Of a stretch of 64,000 bases of DNA, positions 45,231 to 54,859 are shown in pieces. The DNA is from an uncultured Planctomycetia bacterium. GTDB taxonomy: Bacteria > Omnitrophota > Gorgyraeia > 2-02-FULL-51-18. A model generated the notes under the pieces. That model was not told the origin of the DNA, ran no database searches, and worked only from the letters and a program-made list of their open reading frames with translations. Position numbers and translations under genes: made by a program. The DNA lies in assembly GCA_964642015.1 (NCBI GenBank), contig CAZXLF010000002.1, positions 287,678 to 351,677 of the forward strand, written 5' to 3'. Each line of letters begins with the position of its first letter. Within the stretch, counting starts at the first letter, position 1.

Positions 45231-46003
45231 AAAAACCGATAGTATTAACAGCCCTTTCTTTAATGACAACCTTTATCTTTAGTCATCATCTTTGTGCTGA
45301 TAATAAGAATCAGAATGGTAAACCGATCTATACCGTTGTTGGCGGACAAGGTTTAACACCTTTTCCGAATAATGAAAATACGAGGAGAATTATTAAAAGA
45401 ACTGACTTAATTCGAGAAGGCAATAAATTGGCCCATTCAGCTTTATATGATCAGGCTATAATAAAATTCCAAGAAGCAATGGATCCTTCTTTGTTTAATG
45501 ATCCAAGAGATGAGGCAGAAGGGCGTTATGGAATAATGAAGGCACGTATACGTCAGAGCAGATTTAAAGATGCCCTTAATGAGAATCAATGGTTTATCCA
45601 AAAATTTGGTCTTAATGAAAGCAATAAAGAAACGCGCCAGGAAATATTGGCTCTAATTGATTTTCAGACGACAGGCACAGCCAAATTTATTTATAACCAT
45701 GTTGAGAGTTTAAAGAATAAATATTCCGATCAACTTCCGCCTCGAAATTTTGTTGGCAACGGGCCTATAGTTTCGTCGGAAATTATTCATCTTTACGATT
45801 ACATTAACGATTCAGATAAGGCAATCGCGTTTCTAAATGAGTTTTTGACTTATCTAAAAAAACGCAGCAATGCTAGCAATTCCGACAAATCAGAAATTGC
45901 CGAATACGAAGCTGCCAAGCAAGCCTTCAAAGAGGATAAGCAGACTGGCCTAAAAGGCCATCTTCAAAAAGTTATAGCAACTTCAGAGTATATTGGGTGG
46001 TGA
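45227..46003 (+). CDS. Secreted TPR-like helical protein; putative immunity protein
   Basis: ATGA overlap with the giant gene stop; signal peptide; GNKL...YDQAIIKFQEA TPR-like helix; AT-rich like the toxin tip. Confidence 0.55.
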   Translation: MKKPIVLTALSLMTTFIFSHHLCADNKNQNGKPIYTVVGGQGLTPFPNNENTRRIIKRTDLIREGNKLAHSALYDQAIIKFQEAMDPSLFNDPRDEAEGRYGIMKARIRQSRFKDALNENQWFIQKFGLNESNKETRQEILALIDFQTTGTAKFIYNHVESLKNKYSDQLPPRNFVGNGPIVSSEIIHLYDYINDSDKAIAFLNEFLTYLKKRSNASNSDKSEIAEYEAAKQAFKEDKQTGLKGHLQKVIATSEYIGW

Positions 46004-46143
46004 ATTTAATCGCATAATCGCATACCGGACGCAGTCCGGAAGGGAAGCCTTAGATAATTAAAGATGCCTATGAAAAAGAGATTAGCCCTTAAATTCGATC
46101 CAAATTATGACCAACCGTTGCAAGAGCCATAAAATTCAAATAA

Positions 46144-46554
46144 TCACTTATTTTCCAGCAACGAATGAGGATTCCCCTGAGCATCCGTGTAATGAATGAA
46201 CGGCGTTTCATCCGCGCCGGAATAATTTAGTCCGATCACCATTTTGTCGGAGCCGTTCTTATCCTTAAATATCAATAATGGCGAAGCATCCGGTCCGGCA
46301 AGACGCAGAAGCAGACGTATATGTTCGCTGGCATCGGAAAGGCCGATAAGCGGTTGGCCTTCTTCGCCGGCGCTGGGGTAAGTGCCCATTTGCAGGCGAT
46401 ATTTTCCGTCCTGAGCATATATCCAAAGCTGGTCCGCTTGAAGGATACGCGGTTCGGCATGGACCGATTGCACCGGGAAAAAGTAATGTGAAGCCAATCC
46501 TCCGAATAAGCCGGTCATGAACATCAGAAAAAATCGAAAGGTTTTCTTTGACAC
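46144..46554 (-). CDS. Hypothetical exported protein
   Basis: GGAGG SD before GTG; N-terminal hydrophobic segment ending VHA; repeated xxDxxGxxRxxL pattern. Confidence 0.65.
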   Translation of the reverse strand: MSKKTFRFFLMFMTGLFGGLASHYFFPVQSVHAEPRILQADQLWIYAQDGKYRLQMGTYPSAGEEGQPLIGLSDASEHIRLLLRLAGPDASPLLIFKDKNGSDKMVIGLNYSGADETPFIHYTDAQGNPHSLLENK

Positions 46555-46642
46555 AGGGACCTCCTTTTGTTTTTAGGATACAGCTTCCTGATGTTGACGC
46601 CAAGAACTTTTCCTTGCGAATTGCCGATCCGTCCATTAATTT

Positions 46643-48028
46643 ATGATTATGCCCAAGCGTCTGGCGATCTTATTTTTCTTATTAATTTCCTCAGCCAATG
46701 TTTATGCCGACTCATCTGCACCCACCGCTTTGGACGCTTACGTCCGCACACCCGACGAACATTTCAATTATTCCTTGCAGAAGACCGTGCGTGGAAATGG
46801 CTACACGACCTATGTGATAAATCTGACGTCCCAGCAATGGTTGACCAAAGAACAGGTCGATCGTCCGATCTGGAGACATTGGCTTACGATCATCGAACCG
46901 GACAAAGTACGCAGTAATAAAGCACTGCTCCTTATCTACAGCGGTATTTACGGCGCCTTGGAAAAAGGAATGATGGAGAAAATAGCGCAGGATACCGGTT
47001 CGGTCGTGGCATGTGTCGAGCCGCTTCCGGAGATGCCGCTTACTTTTACCGACAAAAATGGAAAGAGCGGCCAATTGGCTGAAGATACGCTTATCGCCGA
47101 CAGTTGGGCACGATATTTGAGGACCGGTGACACAAAGCGCCTGGTGCGATTACCGATCGTAAAAAGCGTTGTCAGCGCAATGGACGCGGTGAGCCGGTTT
47201 TGCGCCAATGACGCCGATCATAAGATAACCGTCGATCAATTTGTGCTTGCGGGCCAATCCAAGCGCGGATGGGCCGTGTGGCTTGCGGCATCGGTGGATA
47301 AGAGGGTGGTCGCGGTTATTCCCATGGTCATCGATATATTGAATGTCGTACCCTCATTGAAGCATCAGTACGAATCTTACGGACACTGGGAAGAAGCGAT
47401 GGGAGACTATGAGAGCGCGGGAGTTTTAGGTCAAATAAACGCGAAGCAATTCGCGGAATTAATAAAGATCGAAGACCCTTATTCCTATAAAGAGCGTTTG
47501 ACAATGCCGAAATATATCATTAATTCAGCTGACGATGAATTTTTCCCTCCGGATTCTTCGCGATTTTACTTTGATGACCTTTTGGGTGAAAAATATTTGA
47601 GGTATGTGCCGAATAGCAGCCACCACTTGTATGGAACAGATGTGATGCGGTGTGTTGAGTCGTTTTATTGGTCGATTCTTGAAGGGAAGGTGAGACCGCG
47701 GTTTTCGTGGAAGATCCAAGCCGATGGATCCATACGACTTCTAGTGATAGATAAACCTTTGAAGGTGAAGCTCTGGCAGGCCACCAACCCTGAAGGGCGC
47801 GATTTCCGGCTTCACGTCGTCGGAAACGCTTGGACGAGCAAAGAGATCTCTGAAACGGGACCGGGCGTTTATATCGGCAGTGTGCCTGCACCCGCGAAAG
47901 GTTGGACAGCATTTTTTTTGGAGCTGACCTATAATAATGGAGATGGTTCGACTCCGCTTAAATTCACCACTTCTGTGAGCGTGGTGCCGGATAGAATGCC
48001 GTTTGAGTATCGCGAGAATTCACAATAA
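46643..48028 (+). CDS. PqaA-like (PhoPQ-activated pathogenicity-related) secreted alpha/beta hydrolase
   Basis: NLTSQQW, WRHWLTI, AGQSKRGW, DPYSY, DEFFPPD, YVPNSSH motifs. Confidence 0.85.
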   Translation: MIMPKRLAILFFLLISSANVYADSSAPTALDAYVRTPDEHFNYSLQKTVRGNGYTTYVINLTSQQWLTKEQVDRPIWRHWLTIIEPDKVRSNKALLLIYSGIYGALEKGMMEKIAQDTGSVVACVEPLPEMPLTFTDKNGKSGQLAEDTLIADSWARYLRTGDTKRLVRLPIVKSVVSAMDAVSRFCANDADHKITVDQFVLAGQSKRGWAVWLAASVDKRVVAVIPMVIDILNVVPSLKHQYESYGHWEEAMGDYESAGVLGQINAKQFAELIKIEDPYSYKERLTMPKYIINSADDEFFPPDSSRFYFDDLLGEKYLRYVPNSSHHLYGTDVMRCVESFYWSILEGKVRPRFSWKIQADGSIRLLVIDKPLKVKLWQATNPEGRDFRLHVVGNAWTSKEISETGPGVYIGSVPAPAKGWTAFFLELTYNNGDGSTPLKFTTSVSVVPDRMPFEYRENSQ

Positions 48029-48145
48029 TCCCAGTTAAATACCCAGCACGCCTCTTAATACAACCCCACTTGGCACTACATCTTGTATAAAATAGTAAAT
48101 ATATGCACAATATATTGAAATCTGATAAATATTGTTAAAAATATA

Positions 48146-48174
48146 TTGACAAAAGATAATTCATAATATATTTT
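48146..48174 (+). promoter_or_regulatory. Sigma70-type promoter upstream of the HTH gene
   Basis: TTGACA-17 nt-TATTTT in an AT-rich region. Confidence 0.5.
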
Positions 48175-48279
48175 ATTCGTCACCTGCGGGAGTACAAAAA
48201 GAATGGCTTTTGTTTCAAATACCGCAAAGCAGGGCAGTAAACATAAGCGCGGATAAAGCCAGAATAAAGGAGGCCGTAT

Positions 48280-48489
48280 TTGAAAGACGCGGAAGGCGTC
48301 TTTACGGTCCGAGAACTCGCGAAGTACCTGCGGATGAAGCCGCTGACGATCTACAAGCATGCTTCATCGGGCAAACTGCCCGGTTTTAAGGTCGGATCGC
48401 ATTGGCGCTTCAAGAAACAGACGATTGATAGCTGGATCGAGTCGCAAGAGCAATCTAATATCAATCATAAAACTTTAATAAATGCATAA
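48280..48489 (+). CDS. Small excisionase/MerR-like HTH (HTH_17) DNA-binding protein
   Basis: FTVRELAKYLRM...TIYKHASSGKLPGFKVGSHWRF; AAGGAGG SD before TTG. Confidence 0.88.
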   Translation: MKDAEGVFTVRELAKYLRMKPLTIYKHASSGKLPGFKVGSHWRFKKQTIDSWIESQEQSNINHKTLINA

Positions 48490-48520
48490 CCCAAGCTGAA
48501 AAGCTTGGGTTTTTCATTTT
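48488..48520 (+). terminator. Intrinsic terminator after the HTH gene
   Basis: AACCCAAGCT-gaaa-AGCTTGGGTT followed by TTTCATTTT. Confidence 0.75.
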
Positions 48521-48566
48521 ACATGCTTTGTTTGTGTTCATAATGAAGCGGGTCGGATAATGCCAT

Positions 48567-49316
48567 ATGTTAGAAGGTTTAATAGGTAGGACGGCGATAG
48601 TTACGGGCGGGAGCCGTGGCATAGGCAAAGCTATCGTCTTGGATTTAGCCCGAAACAAAGTAAATGTGGCATTTAATTATGTTGCCAGCAAAGACGCTGC
48701 CGATGATGTTGTCGCTGAGGTTGAGAAATTGGGAGCAAAGACTCTTGCTGTTAAGGCGGACGTGAAAAACCCTGATCAAGCCAAATTATTTGTGGATGAA
48801 GCAAAAAAGAAATTCGGAAAGATAGATTTTTTAGTTAATAACGCGGGAATTTTAAAGGATAAAACCTTGATGTTTATGTCTGACGCGGATTGGAAGGATG
48901 TGATTGAAACAAACCTATATGGATCCTTTGTGTTAACGCGTCTTATGATCATGAGCTTTCTCAAGCAAAATAGCGGAGGCATTGTAAATATTTCTTCGAC
49001 TGCCGGTTTGATTGGAAATGCCGGCCAGGTGAATTACAGCGCTAGCAAAGCCGGGCTTATTGGTTTTACGAAGGCGCTTGCAAAAGAAGTGGCTTCTTAT
49101 GGGGTGAGAGTAAATGCGGTGGCGCCAGGATTTATTGAGACAGATATGGTTAAAACTATTCCCGAAAATAAGATGCAAGAAGCTGTAAAAACAATTCCCA
49201 TGCAGCGTCTTGGAAAGCCGGACGAAGTTGCTAAAGTTGTTACGTTTTTACTTTCCGAAGAGTCTGCGTACATCACGGGCCAGGTACTGCCTATTGATGG
49301 AGGGCTGGCCATTTGA
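48567..49316 (+). CDS. fabG: 3-oxoacyl-ACP reductase (ketoreductase)
   Basis: TGGSRGIG, NNAGI..D, NYSASKAG, VNAVAPGFIETDM. Confidence 0.9.
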   Translation: MLEGLIGRTAIVTGGSRGIGKAIVLDLARNKVNVAFNYVASKDAADDVVAEVEKLGAKTLAVKADVKNPDQAKLFVDEAKKKFGKIDFLVNNAGILKDKTLMFMSDADWKDVIETNLYGSFVLTRLMIMSFLKQNSGGIVNISSTAGLIGNAGQVNYSASKAGLIGFTKALAKEVASYGVRVNAVAPGFIETDMVKTIPENKMQEAVKTIPMQRLGKPDEVAKVVTFLLSEESAYITGQVLPIDGGLAI

Positions 49317-50551
49317 AGACCGACGATCAGAGGATAGTCATAACTGGAATAGGCGTTGTTTCACCGATCGGGATCGGAAAAGATGCTTTTTGGCAAGGCC
49401 TAAAAGAGGGCAGATCAGGAATAAAGCCGGTCACCCTTTTTGATACGTCAACAACACGGTCGAAGCTGGCCGGAGAAATAACCGATTTTAAACCGGAAGA
49501 AATTCTCGGCCCTAAAGGGCTAAGAAATTTGGACCGCACTACTAAACTGGCTTTATGCGCGGCTCAATTAGCATTGGACGACGCGAATTTTAAAATAACT
49601 GAAGAAAATTCAAATGATGTTGGTGTGGTATTAGGCTCGACGATGGGGAGCGTGTGGAGCATTAGTGAATATGATAAACAAACGTTAAAAGAGGGCCCCA
49701 GATCTGTTAATCCGGCCTTGTTTGCGAATACTGTTATCAATTCACCGGCGAGTCAGATATCGATTCGGTTTGGAATCCAAGGATTCAATTCAACTATTTC
49801 GACAGGATTTTCATCCGCATTTGATGCGCTGAAATACGCGTCAGATTTCATTAAATGGGGAAAAGCAAGCGCTGTATTGGTTGGAAGCGCAGAGGAGCTT
49901 TGCGAACAATTCTTCAAGGGTTTTTACAAATTAGGCATTCTTTCTAAGTCTCAAGAAAACAGTGAAGAAATGTTACGTCCTTTCGATAGGAGACGTAATG
50001 GCATGATTTTGGGGGAAGGTGCCGCAGTGTTTCTCCTAGAATCTTTACAACATGCCAGGCAAAGAAATGCGCCTATTTATGCGGAAATAGGATCTATTGC
50101 ATCTACCTTTAATAGACGATCCATGAATAGATATAACTTAAAGGCAACTGGTGAGATCGACAGTATGAAGAAAACATTATCTTTAGCAGAGTTAGATGCT
50201 AAGCATATTGATTGTATCGTGGCTTCGGCCAATTCTACCGTAAAAGGAGATTTAACCGAGAGTATAGCCATAACCCAAGTTTTTGATCAAGACAAACCGT
50301 CGGTCACAGCCTGTAAGTCGATGTTTGGTGAGACCTTTAGCGCGGCTGGCGCCATGAATCTTGCGGCGGGAATATTTATTCTAAAAAATCAATTTATTCC
50401 CCCAACGCTTAATGTAGAGCAAAAAGATAATGAATGTGGCGTAGAGTGTGTCAAAAATACCGGAGTATCCAAAAAAGTTGATCATATTTTGATCAATTCA
50501 TTCGGAGCGTCGGGACAAAATTCAAGCCTAGCTTTGGTAAGGAGTAGCTGA
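49313..50551 (+). CDS. Catalytically inactive ketosynthase homolog (chain-length-factor-like)
   Basis: FabF fold, but TAC is replaced by TGF, HGTGT by SANST and KSMLGH by KSMFGE. Confidence 0.8.
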   Translation: MKTDDQRIVITGIGVVSPIGIGKDAFWQGLKEGRSGIKPVTLFDTSTTRSKLAGEITDFKPEEILGPKGLRNLDRTTKLALCAAQLALDDANFKITEENSNDVGVVLGSTMGSVWSISEYDKQTLKEGPRSVNPALFANTVINSPASQISIRFGIQGFNSTISTGFSSAFDALKYASDFIKWGKASAVLVGSAEELCEQFFKGFYKLGILSKSQENSEEMLRPFDRRRNGMILGEGAAVFLLESLQHARQRNAPIYAEIGSIASTFNRRSMNRYNLKATGEIDSMKKTLSLAELDAKHIDCIVASANSTVKGDLTESIAITQVFDQDKPSVTACKSMFGETFSAAGAMNLAAGIFILKNQFIPPTLNVEQKDNECGVECVKNTGVSKKVDHILINSFGASGQNSSLALVRSS

Positions 50552-51759
50552 TGGAGCGTGTGGTTATTACAGGATTGGGTGTTATTACATCCATTGGCAT
50601 TGGTAAAGATGCTTTTTGGTCCAATCTGGTTCGAGGTAAGTCAGGAATAAATCCCGTTTCTCTAATTGATACCACTGATCATAAGAATAAAAACGGAGGA
50701 GAAATTAGAAATTTTAATCCTGATGATTTTATAGATTCCAAGAAACGAGAAATGTATGGTCGAGGGTCTCAGCTTGCCATTGCTGCCGCTAAACTTGCTC
50801 TAAAGGAAGCTAATATGAATTTTAAAAAAATAAATTCTGAAAATTCAGCCGTTATTATTGGCACTACTATGGCGAATATACGAGAGTTGGAAGAAGCAAA
50901 TAAGGTCTGGCTTACAAGCGGTGAAGATAAAGTAAATGCTGCCCTTATTACTAAATATCCAGGCAGCTCCCTTGCTTTTAACGTGGCTTACGAGTTAGGT
51001 TTAAAATCTCTTTGTTATTGTATCCCTACCGCTTGTGCGGCCGGCAATTATTCTATAGGTTATGGGTTTGATCTCATTCGGCACGGCGAGATTGATTTTG
51101 CATTGGTTGGCGGCGCAGATCCTTTTTCCAGAATAAGTTTTACAGGATTCGGAAATCTTTTTGCGATGGCGCCTGAAAAGTGTCAGCCTTTCGATAAAAA
51201 TAGAAAAGGTATGATGGTTGGCGAAGGCGGCGGAATGCTTGTTATTGAAAGTTTGAAACATGCTCAATTGCGAAATGCGCCTATTTATGCGGAAATATTA
51301 GGATATGGCTTAAGTTGCGACGCCAAACATATGACGCTTCCAAGTGTTGAAGGTTTGGGCAGTGTGATGAGGAAAGCTGTACAAGAGACTGGCATCAAAC
51401 AAGAAGATATTGACTATATAAGTGCCCATGGCACAGGTACAAAGACCAATGATTCCACGGAGGCGCAGGCGATCAATAGGGTTTTTCCCAAAGAGAAGAA
51501 AAAGATACCCGTGAGCTCTATAAAATCCATGCTTGGTCACACGATGGGCGCTGCGAGCGCTATCGAAGCTATTACTTGTGTGTTAGCGATCAAAAACTCT
51601 ATTATTCCACCGACTATTAATTTTGAAGAACCAGACAGTGAATGCGATATCGATTGTGTTCCGAATAGAGCTAGAAAACAGAACGTGAGAATAGCTCTCA
51701 ACAATTCTTTTGCTTTTGGCGGCAATAATGCATGCTTGGTGCTCAGCCGATTTAATTGA
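50551..51759 (+). CDS. Beta-ketoacyl-ACP synthase II family, active
   Basis: Intact triad IPTACAAG, SAHGTGT, KSMLGH; NSFAFGG. Confidence 0.92.
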   Translation: MERVVITGLGVITSIGIGKDAFWSNLVRGKSGINPVSLIDTTDHKNKNGGEIRNFNPDDFIDSKKREMYGRGSQLAIAAAKLALKEANMNFKKINSENSAVIIGTTMANIRELEEANKVWLTSGEDKVNAALITKYPGSSLAFNVAYELGLKSLCYCIPTACAAGNYSIGYGFDLIRHGEIDFALVGGADPFSRISFTGFGNLFAMAPEKCQPFDKNRKGMMVGEGGGMLVIESLKHAQLRNAPIYAEILGYGLSCDAKHMTLPSVEGLGSVMRKAVQETGIKQEDIDYISAHGTGTKTNDSTEAQAINRVFPKEKKKIPVSSIKSMLGHTMGAASAIEAITCVLAIKNSIIPPTINFEEPDSECDIDCVPNRARKQNVRIALNNSFAFGGNNACLVLSRFN

Positions 51760-51886
51760 AAGAAATGAATTTATGATAAAAGACCTTAACAAATGAAAAA
51801 TACAAAAGTCGTTTTTATTGCTCATTCGTTAAAAAATTTTATAAGCGTCAAAAATAGTGTCCAAACTAATGAGGAGACAGTTCAAT

Positions 51887-52144
51887 ATGCCGAAAAGCGC
51901 TAATGCAGCCCCAATAGAAAGCGATATAAGAAATCTTATCGCAAAAATTATCGAAGTAGAACCGGAGAAAATAGGTTCCGAAACGGGTTTTGTCGAAGAG
52001 CTCGGCGCAGATTCAATGATGGCGCTTGAGATCATGGCTTCTCTCGAAAAACAATTCAACATTACGATTCCCGAAGAAGATTTGCCGAAAATTACAAATT
52101 TAAGGCAAACCATTTATCTCGTTAAGTCGCTTATGAAAAAATGA
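51887..52144 (+). CDS. Acyl carrier protein
   Basis: ELGADSM phosphopantetheine Ser motif; GAGGAG SD before ATG 51887. Confidence 0.92.
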   Translation: MPKSANAAPIESDIRNLIAKIIEVEPEKIGSETGFVEELGADSMMALEIMASLEKQFNITIPEEDLPKITNLRQTIYLVKSLMKK

Positions 52145-52159
52145 TCATTGGAATAGAAG

Positions 52160-53626
52160 ATGTCAAATAAATATGATGTTGCAATTATTGGAGCGGGCAT
52201 TTCTGGACTGATAGCAGGAAATTACTTGGCACAGTCTGGCTTAAAAGTATTCATAGCGGAACAACATTACGCTGTTGGCGGATGTTGCTCATATTTTAAG
52301 CGAAATGGCTACACATTTGAATGTGGCGCCCATTCTCTTGGGAGCTGTCGAAATCCTGATGGATATCTATATAAAATTTTTAATGAACTTGGTATATATG
52401 ATGTTTTGGACATAAAGCGAGCGGAATGCTCCGACACATTAATATCAAATAAATACACGATTAATTTTTTAGATAACGCCTACCAAATGGCAAATAGTTT
52501 GGCTTATGAATTTGAACAATACAAAGGCCAGATTCACAGTTTTTTTGAGGAAGTGGAGGGATTTGGCGCAAAATCATTTCTTCGGTATTATGCGCGTTAT
52601 AAAAACATGACATTTGATATGTTTCTTTCTAAATATTTTGATAATGTCGAAATTAGAGAAATTTTAAGTATTTTCTTAGGAAATTTAGGTGTTGCTTCAA
52701 ACCAAATCAGTACCATAACAGCGCTTGCGTTATATAGAGAATTCGTGATGGATGGCGGATATTATGTTGAGGGCGGTATGAAAAAATTAGGTGATGTTCT
52801 AAAATGGAATTTTCAAAAAAATGGCGGCGTGGTTTCTTTAAAGGATAAAACAATCAAAATCATTTTAAAAAATGGGTATGCCTCAGGACTTGATACTGAA
52901 AGAAGCGGTATCATTGAATCAAAATATGTTATTTCGACAGCCGGCATCAAGCAAACATTCTTGGAGCTTATTAACGAAGAATTGATGCCGCTCGACTTTA
53001 TTTGCAAAGTTAAAAATTCAAAGCCGTCGGTATCCGCGCTGATACTTTATTTGGGTTTAAAAGGACGCAGCATTAAAGATGAGAAGTGGGGAAGGACAGT
53101 CTGGTACATACCAAATCTCAATCCAAACGAAGTGTATAGGAAAGCATTTGATGGTCAATGTGATGAAAATATCGAGGCGATGCTCATGGGGTTTCCTTCC
53201 AAGTATGATGAATCGTTAGTCCCACCGAATTGTGAAAGTTTAATGTGTATATTAAGTGCACCATATAAAAGTAACGATTTTTGGTCTACAAACAAAGCAA
53301 GATATAGAGAGGCCATAATCAATAGAATATCAACGCTCATCCCCAATATTAAAGATAGGATTGAGGTGTGCGAATTAGCAACACCTCCAACTATTGTTAA
53401 GTTCACGCTGAATGATGCAGGCGCAATTTATGGATTAGCATCAACTTCGGATCAGATAGATATTGACTATATGCCATTTAAAACACCTATTAAAAATCTA
53501 TTTTTATCGAGTCATTGGACAACCCAGGGTTATGGGCAAGCCGGGGTACCTGTCGTTGCACTAGCAGCCAAACAGGTGGCGTTTGCTATTCAAAAGAAAG
53601 AAAATCAGATCAAAGTAGTGATTTAA
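52160..53626 (+). CDS. Phytoene desaturase (CrtI)-like FAD oxidoreductase
   Basis: GAGISGL, EQH..VGGCC..FKRNGYTFECGAH, ATPPT..KFT...GAIYG. Confidence 0.85.
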   Translation: MSNKYDVAIIGAGISGLIAGNYLAQSGLKVFIAEQHYAVGGCCSYFKRNGYTFECGAHSLGSCRNPDGYLYKIFNELGIYDVLDIKRAECSDTLISNKYTINFLDNAYQMANSLAYEFEQYKGQIHSFFEEVEGFGAKSFLRYYARYKNMTFDMFLSKYFDNVEIREILSIFLGNLGVASNQISTITALALYREFVMDGGYYVEGGMKKLGDVLKWNFQKNGGVVSLKDKTIKIILKNGYASGLDTERSGIIESKYVISTAGIKQTFLELINEELMPLDFICKVKNSKPSVSALILYLGLKGRSIKDEKWGRTVWYIPNLNPNEVYRKAFDGQCDENIEAMLMGFPSKYDESLVPPNCESLMCILSAPYKSNDFWSTNKARYREAIINRISTLIPNIKDRIEVCELATPPTIVKFTLNDAGAIYGLASTSDQIDIDYMPFKTPIKNLFLSSHWTTQGYGQAGVPVVALAAKQVAFAIQKKENQIKVVI

Positions 53627-53766
53627 TTAGATTATCATCCATATTAATAATAAACATGGCGTCAATCTGGCGGTTTCTGATTGAGGGCAGAGGTTTGATG
53701 ACCATTACAAAAAATTCAGAAGTTATTTGATTAACAAATAATGGAAAACTAAAAGAAAGGTATCCT

Positions 53767-54843
53767 ATGACTACTAAACTTTCGACCGCACATTCAGAAA
53801 AAGATATAGCAATATACACATCAGCAAGGGGAAACTTGACGAAGCAGAAAATAGTTAATTTTTGTGATTTTTTAAGGGATCATTACCCTTCGGCAAAGAA
53901 ACGCAAGGGACATGACATTGAAAACTATAAATTTTTTTCAAGAGAATTAGACACACTTCTTTTTGAGTGCGAAAAAGCCATTTCCGAAACAAACAATAAG
54001 GTTCTACAACGAGAACATAAAGAATTTTTTAGAGCCGCTTTAAATTCATGGCTTACTAAGAATGACTTTGTGAGGCGATGCATGGAAAAACCGAGAGGTT
54101 ATCCTGGGGACTATTTAATGATGGAACACGGTTATCAGGATGAGGTTGATGGAAATAAATTGAACGCCAATTTTTTTGATAGATATTTCTTTGACAAATA
54201 TCAATCAATTATCTTTCGAAAGGAGAAGCTGAAACAAATATTAGTGACATTAATTAAAGATTCAAATAAATTATCAAACAAAGGGATGCAGCCAGTCGTC
54301 AAAATTATGACACTTGGTGGTGGGCCTGCGAGGGAATGGTTCGAACTCGATAAAGAGATGCGAAATCAGAAAATCAAAGCCGTTCATTTAACGTATCTCG
54401 ATCAAGATGAAGAAGCCATGGACTTTGCTAAGAAACGATTAAATTCAAACCGATTGATTAAAAGACGATGCTTTGTGCGAACAAGCCTGATTGAATTTTC
54501 AAAGGCTGCCCCTTTAACGCTCAATGTAGATGACTCGTTTGATGTTATCTACGGCTTGGGTATTGCTGATTATTTTCATGATCAATTCCTTTCGGCTATC
54601 ATTGCAAAAGCATGGTTGCTCCTAAAAAAAGGCGGTAAATTTATTCTAACTCATAAAGACAGTAAATCTTTTCCAATGGAACCGGCTGATTGGTTGTGTG
54701 ATTGGAGTTTTGTGCACAGATCGAAAGAACAATTTGAAGCATTAATTAAATCAGCTTTAGGCGCACCGAGCTCTAAGTTTAATTTAGAAATAAGCTGGGA
54801 GTCATCTGGACAGATTCTTTTTGGAATAGTCAGCAAGAATTAA
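53767..54843 (+). CDS. Class I SAM-dependent methyltransferase, PhcB-like (3-hydroxy fatty acid methyl ester synthase family)
   Basis: KPRGYPGDY, LGGGPARE, YLDQDEEA, DVIYGLGIADY motifs; PhcB assignment recalled from family motifs, not searched. Confidence 0.7.
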   Translation: MTTKLSTAHSEKDIAIYTSARGNLTKQKIVNFCDFLRDHYPSAKKRKGHDIENYKFFSRELDTLLFECEKAISETNNKVLQREHKEFFRAALNSWLTKNDFVRRCMEKPRGYPGDYLMMEHGYQDEVDGNKLNANFFDRYFFDKYQSIIFRKEKLKQILVTLIKDSNKLSNKGMQPVVKIMTLGGGPAREWFELDKEMRNQKIKAVHLTYLDQDEEAMDFAKKRLNSNRLIKRRCFVRTSLIEFSKAAPLTLNVDDSFDVIYGLGIADYFHDQFLSAIIAKAWLLLKKGGKFILTHKDSKSFPMEPADWLCDWSFVHRSKEQFEALIKSALGAPSSKFNLEISWESSGQILFGIVSKN

Positions 54844-54859
54844 TGCACAGAGCAAAGAG

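Noticed and set aside
48190-48270. c-di-GMP-I (GEMM) riboswitch suggested by CGCAAAGC...TAAA...AGCCAG
   Set aside because: The GGCAAA/GAAA-tetraloop P2 stem and the P1 pairing are not evident. An Rfam scan would be needed.
48280-48489. Prophage or ICE excisionase
   Set aside because: No integrase, att-like repeat, tRNA or phage genes in the window; more likely a small regulator.
53515-53819. Short ORFs between the CrtI-like gene and the methyltransferase as a peptide signal precursor
   Set aside because: They overlap neighbouring genes, lack an SD and a leader motif, and no peptide-processing transporter is nearby.
48567-54843. Carotenoid, aryl-polyene or ladderane cluster
   Set aside because: No crtB/crtE, no dehydratase, ligase or transport genes of ape clusters, and no radical SAM genes. 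The adjacent sensors favour a signal, although this is not proven.
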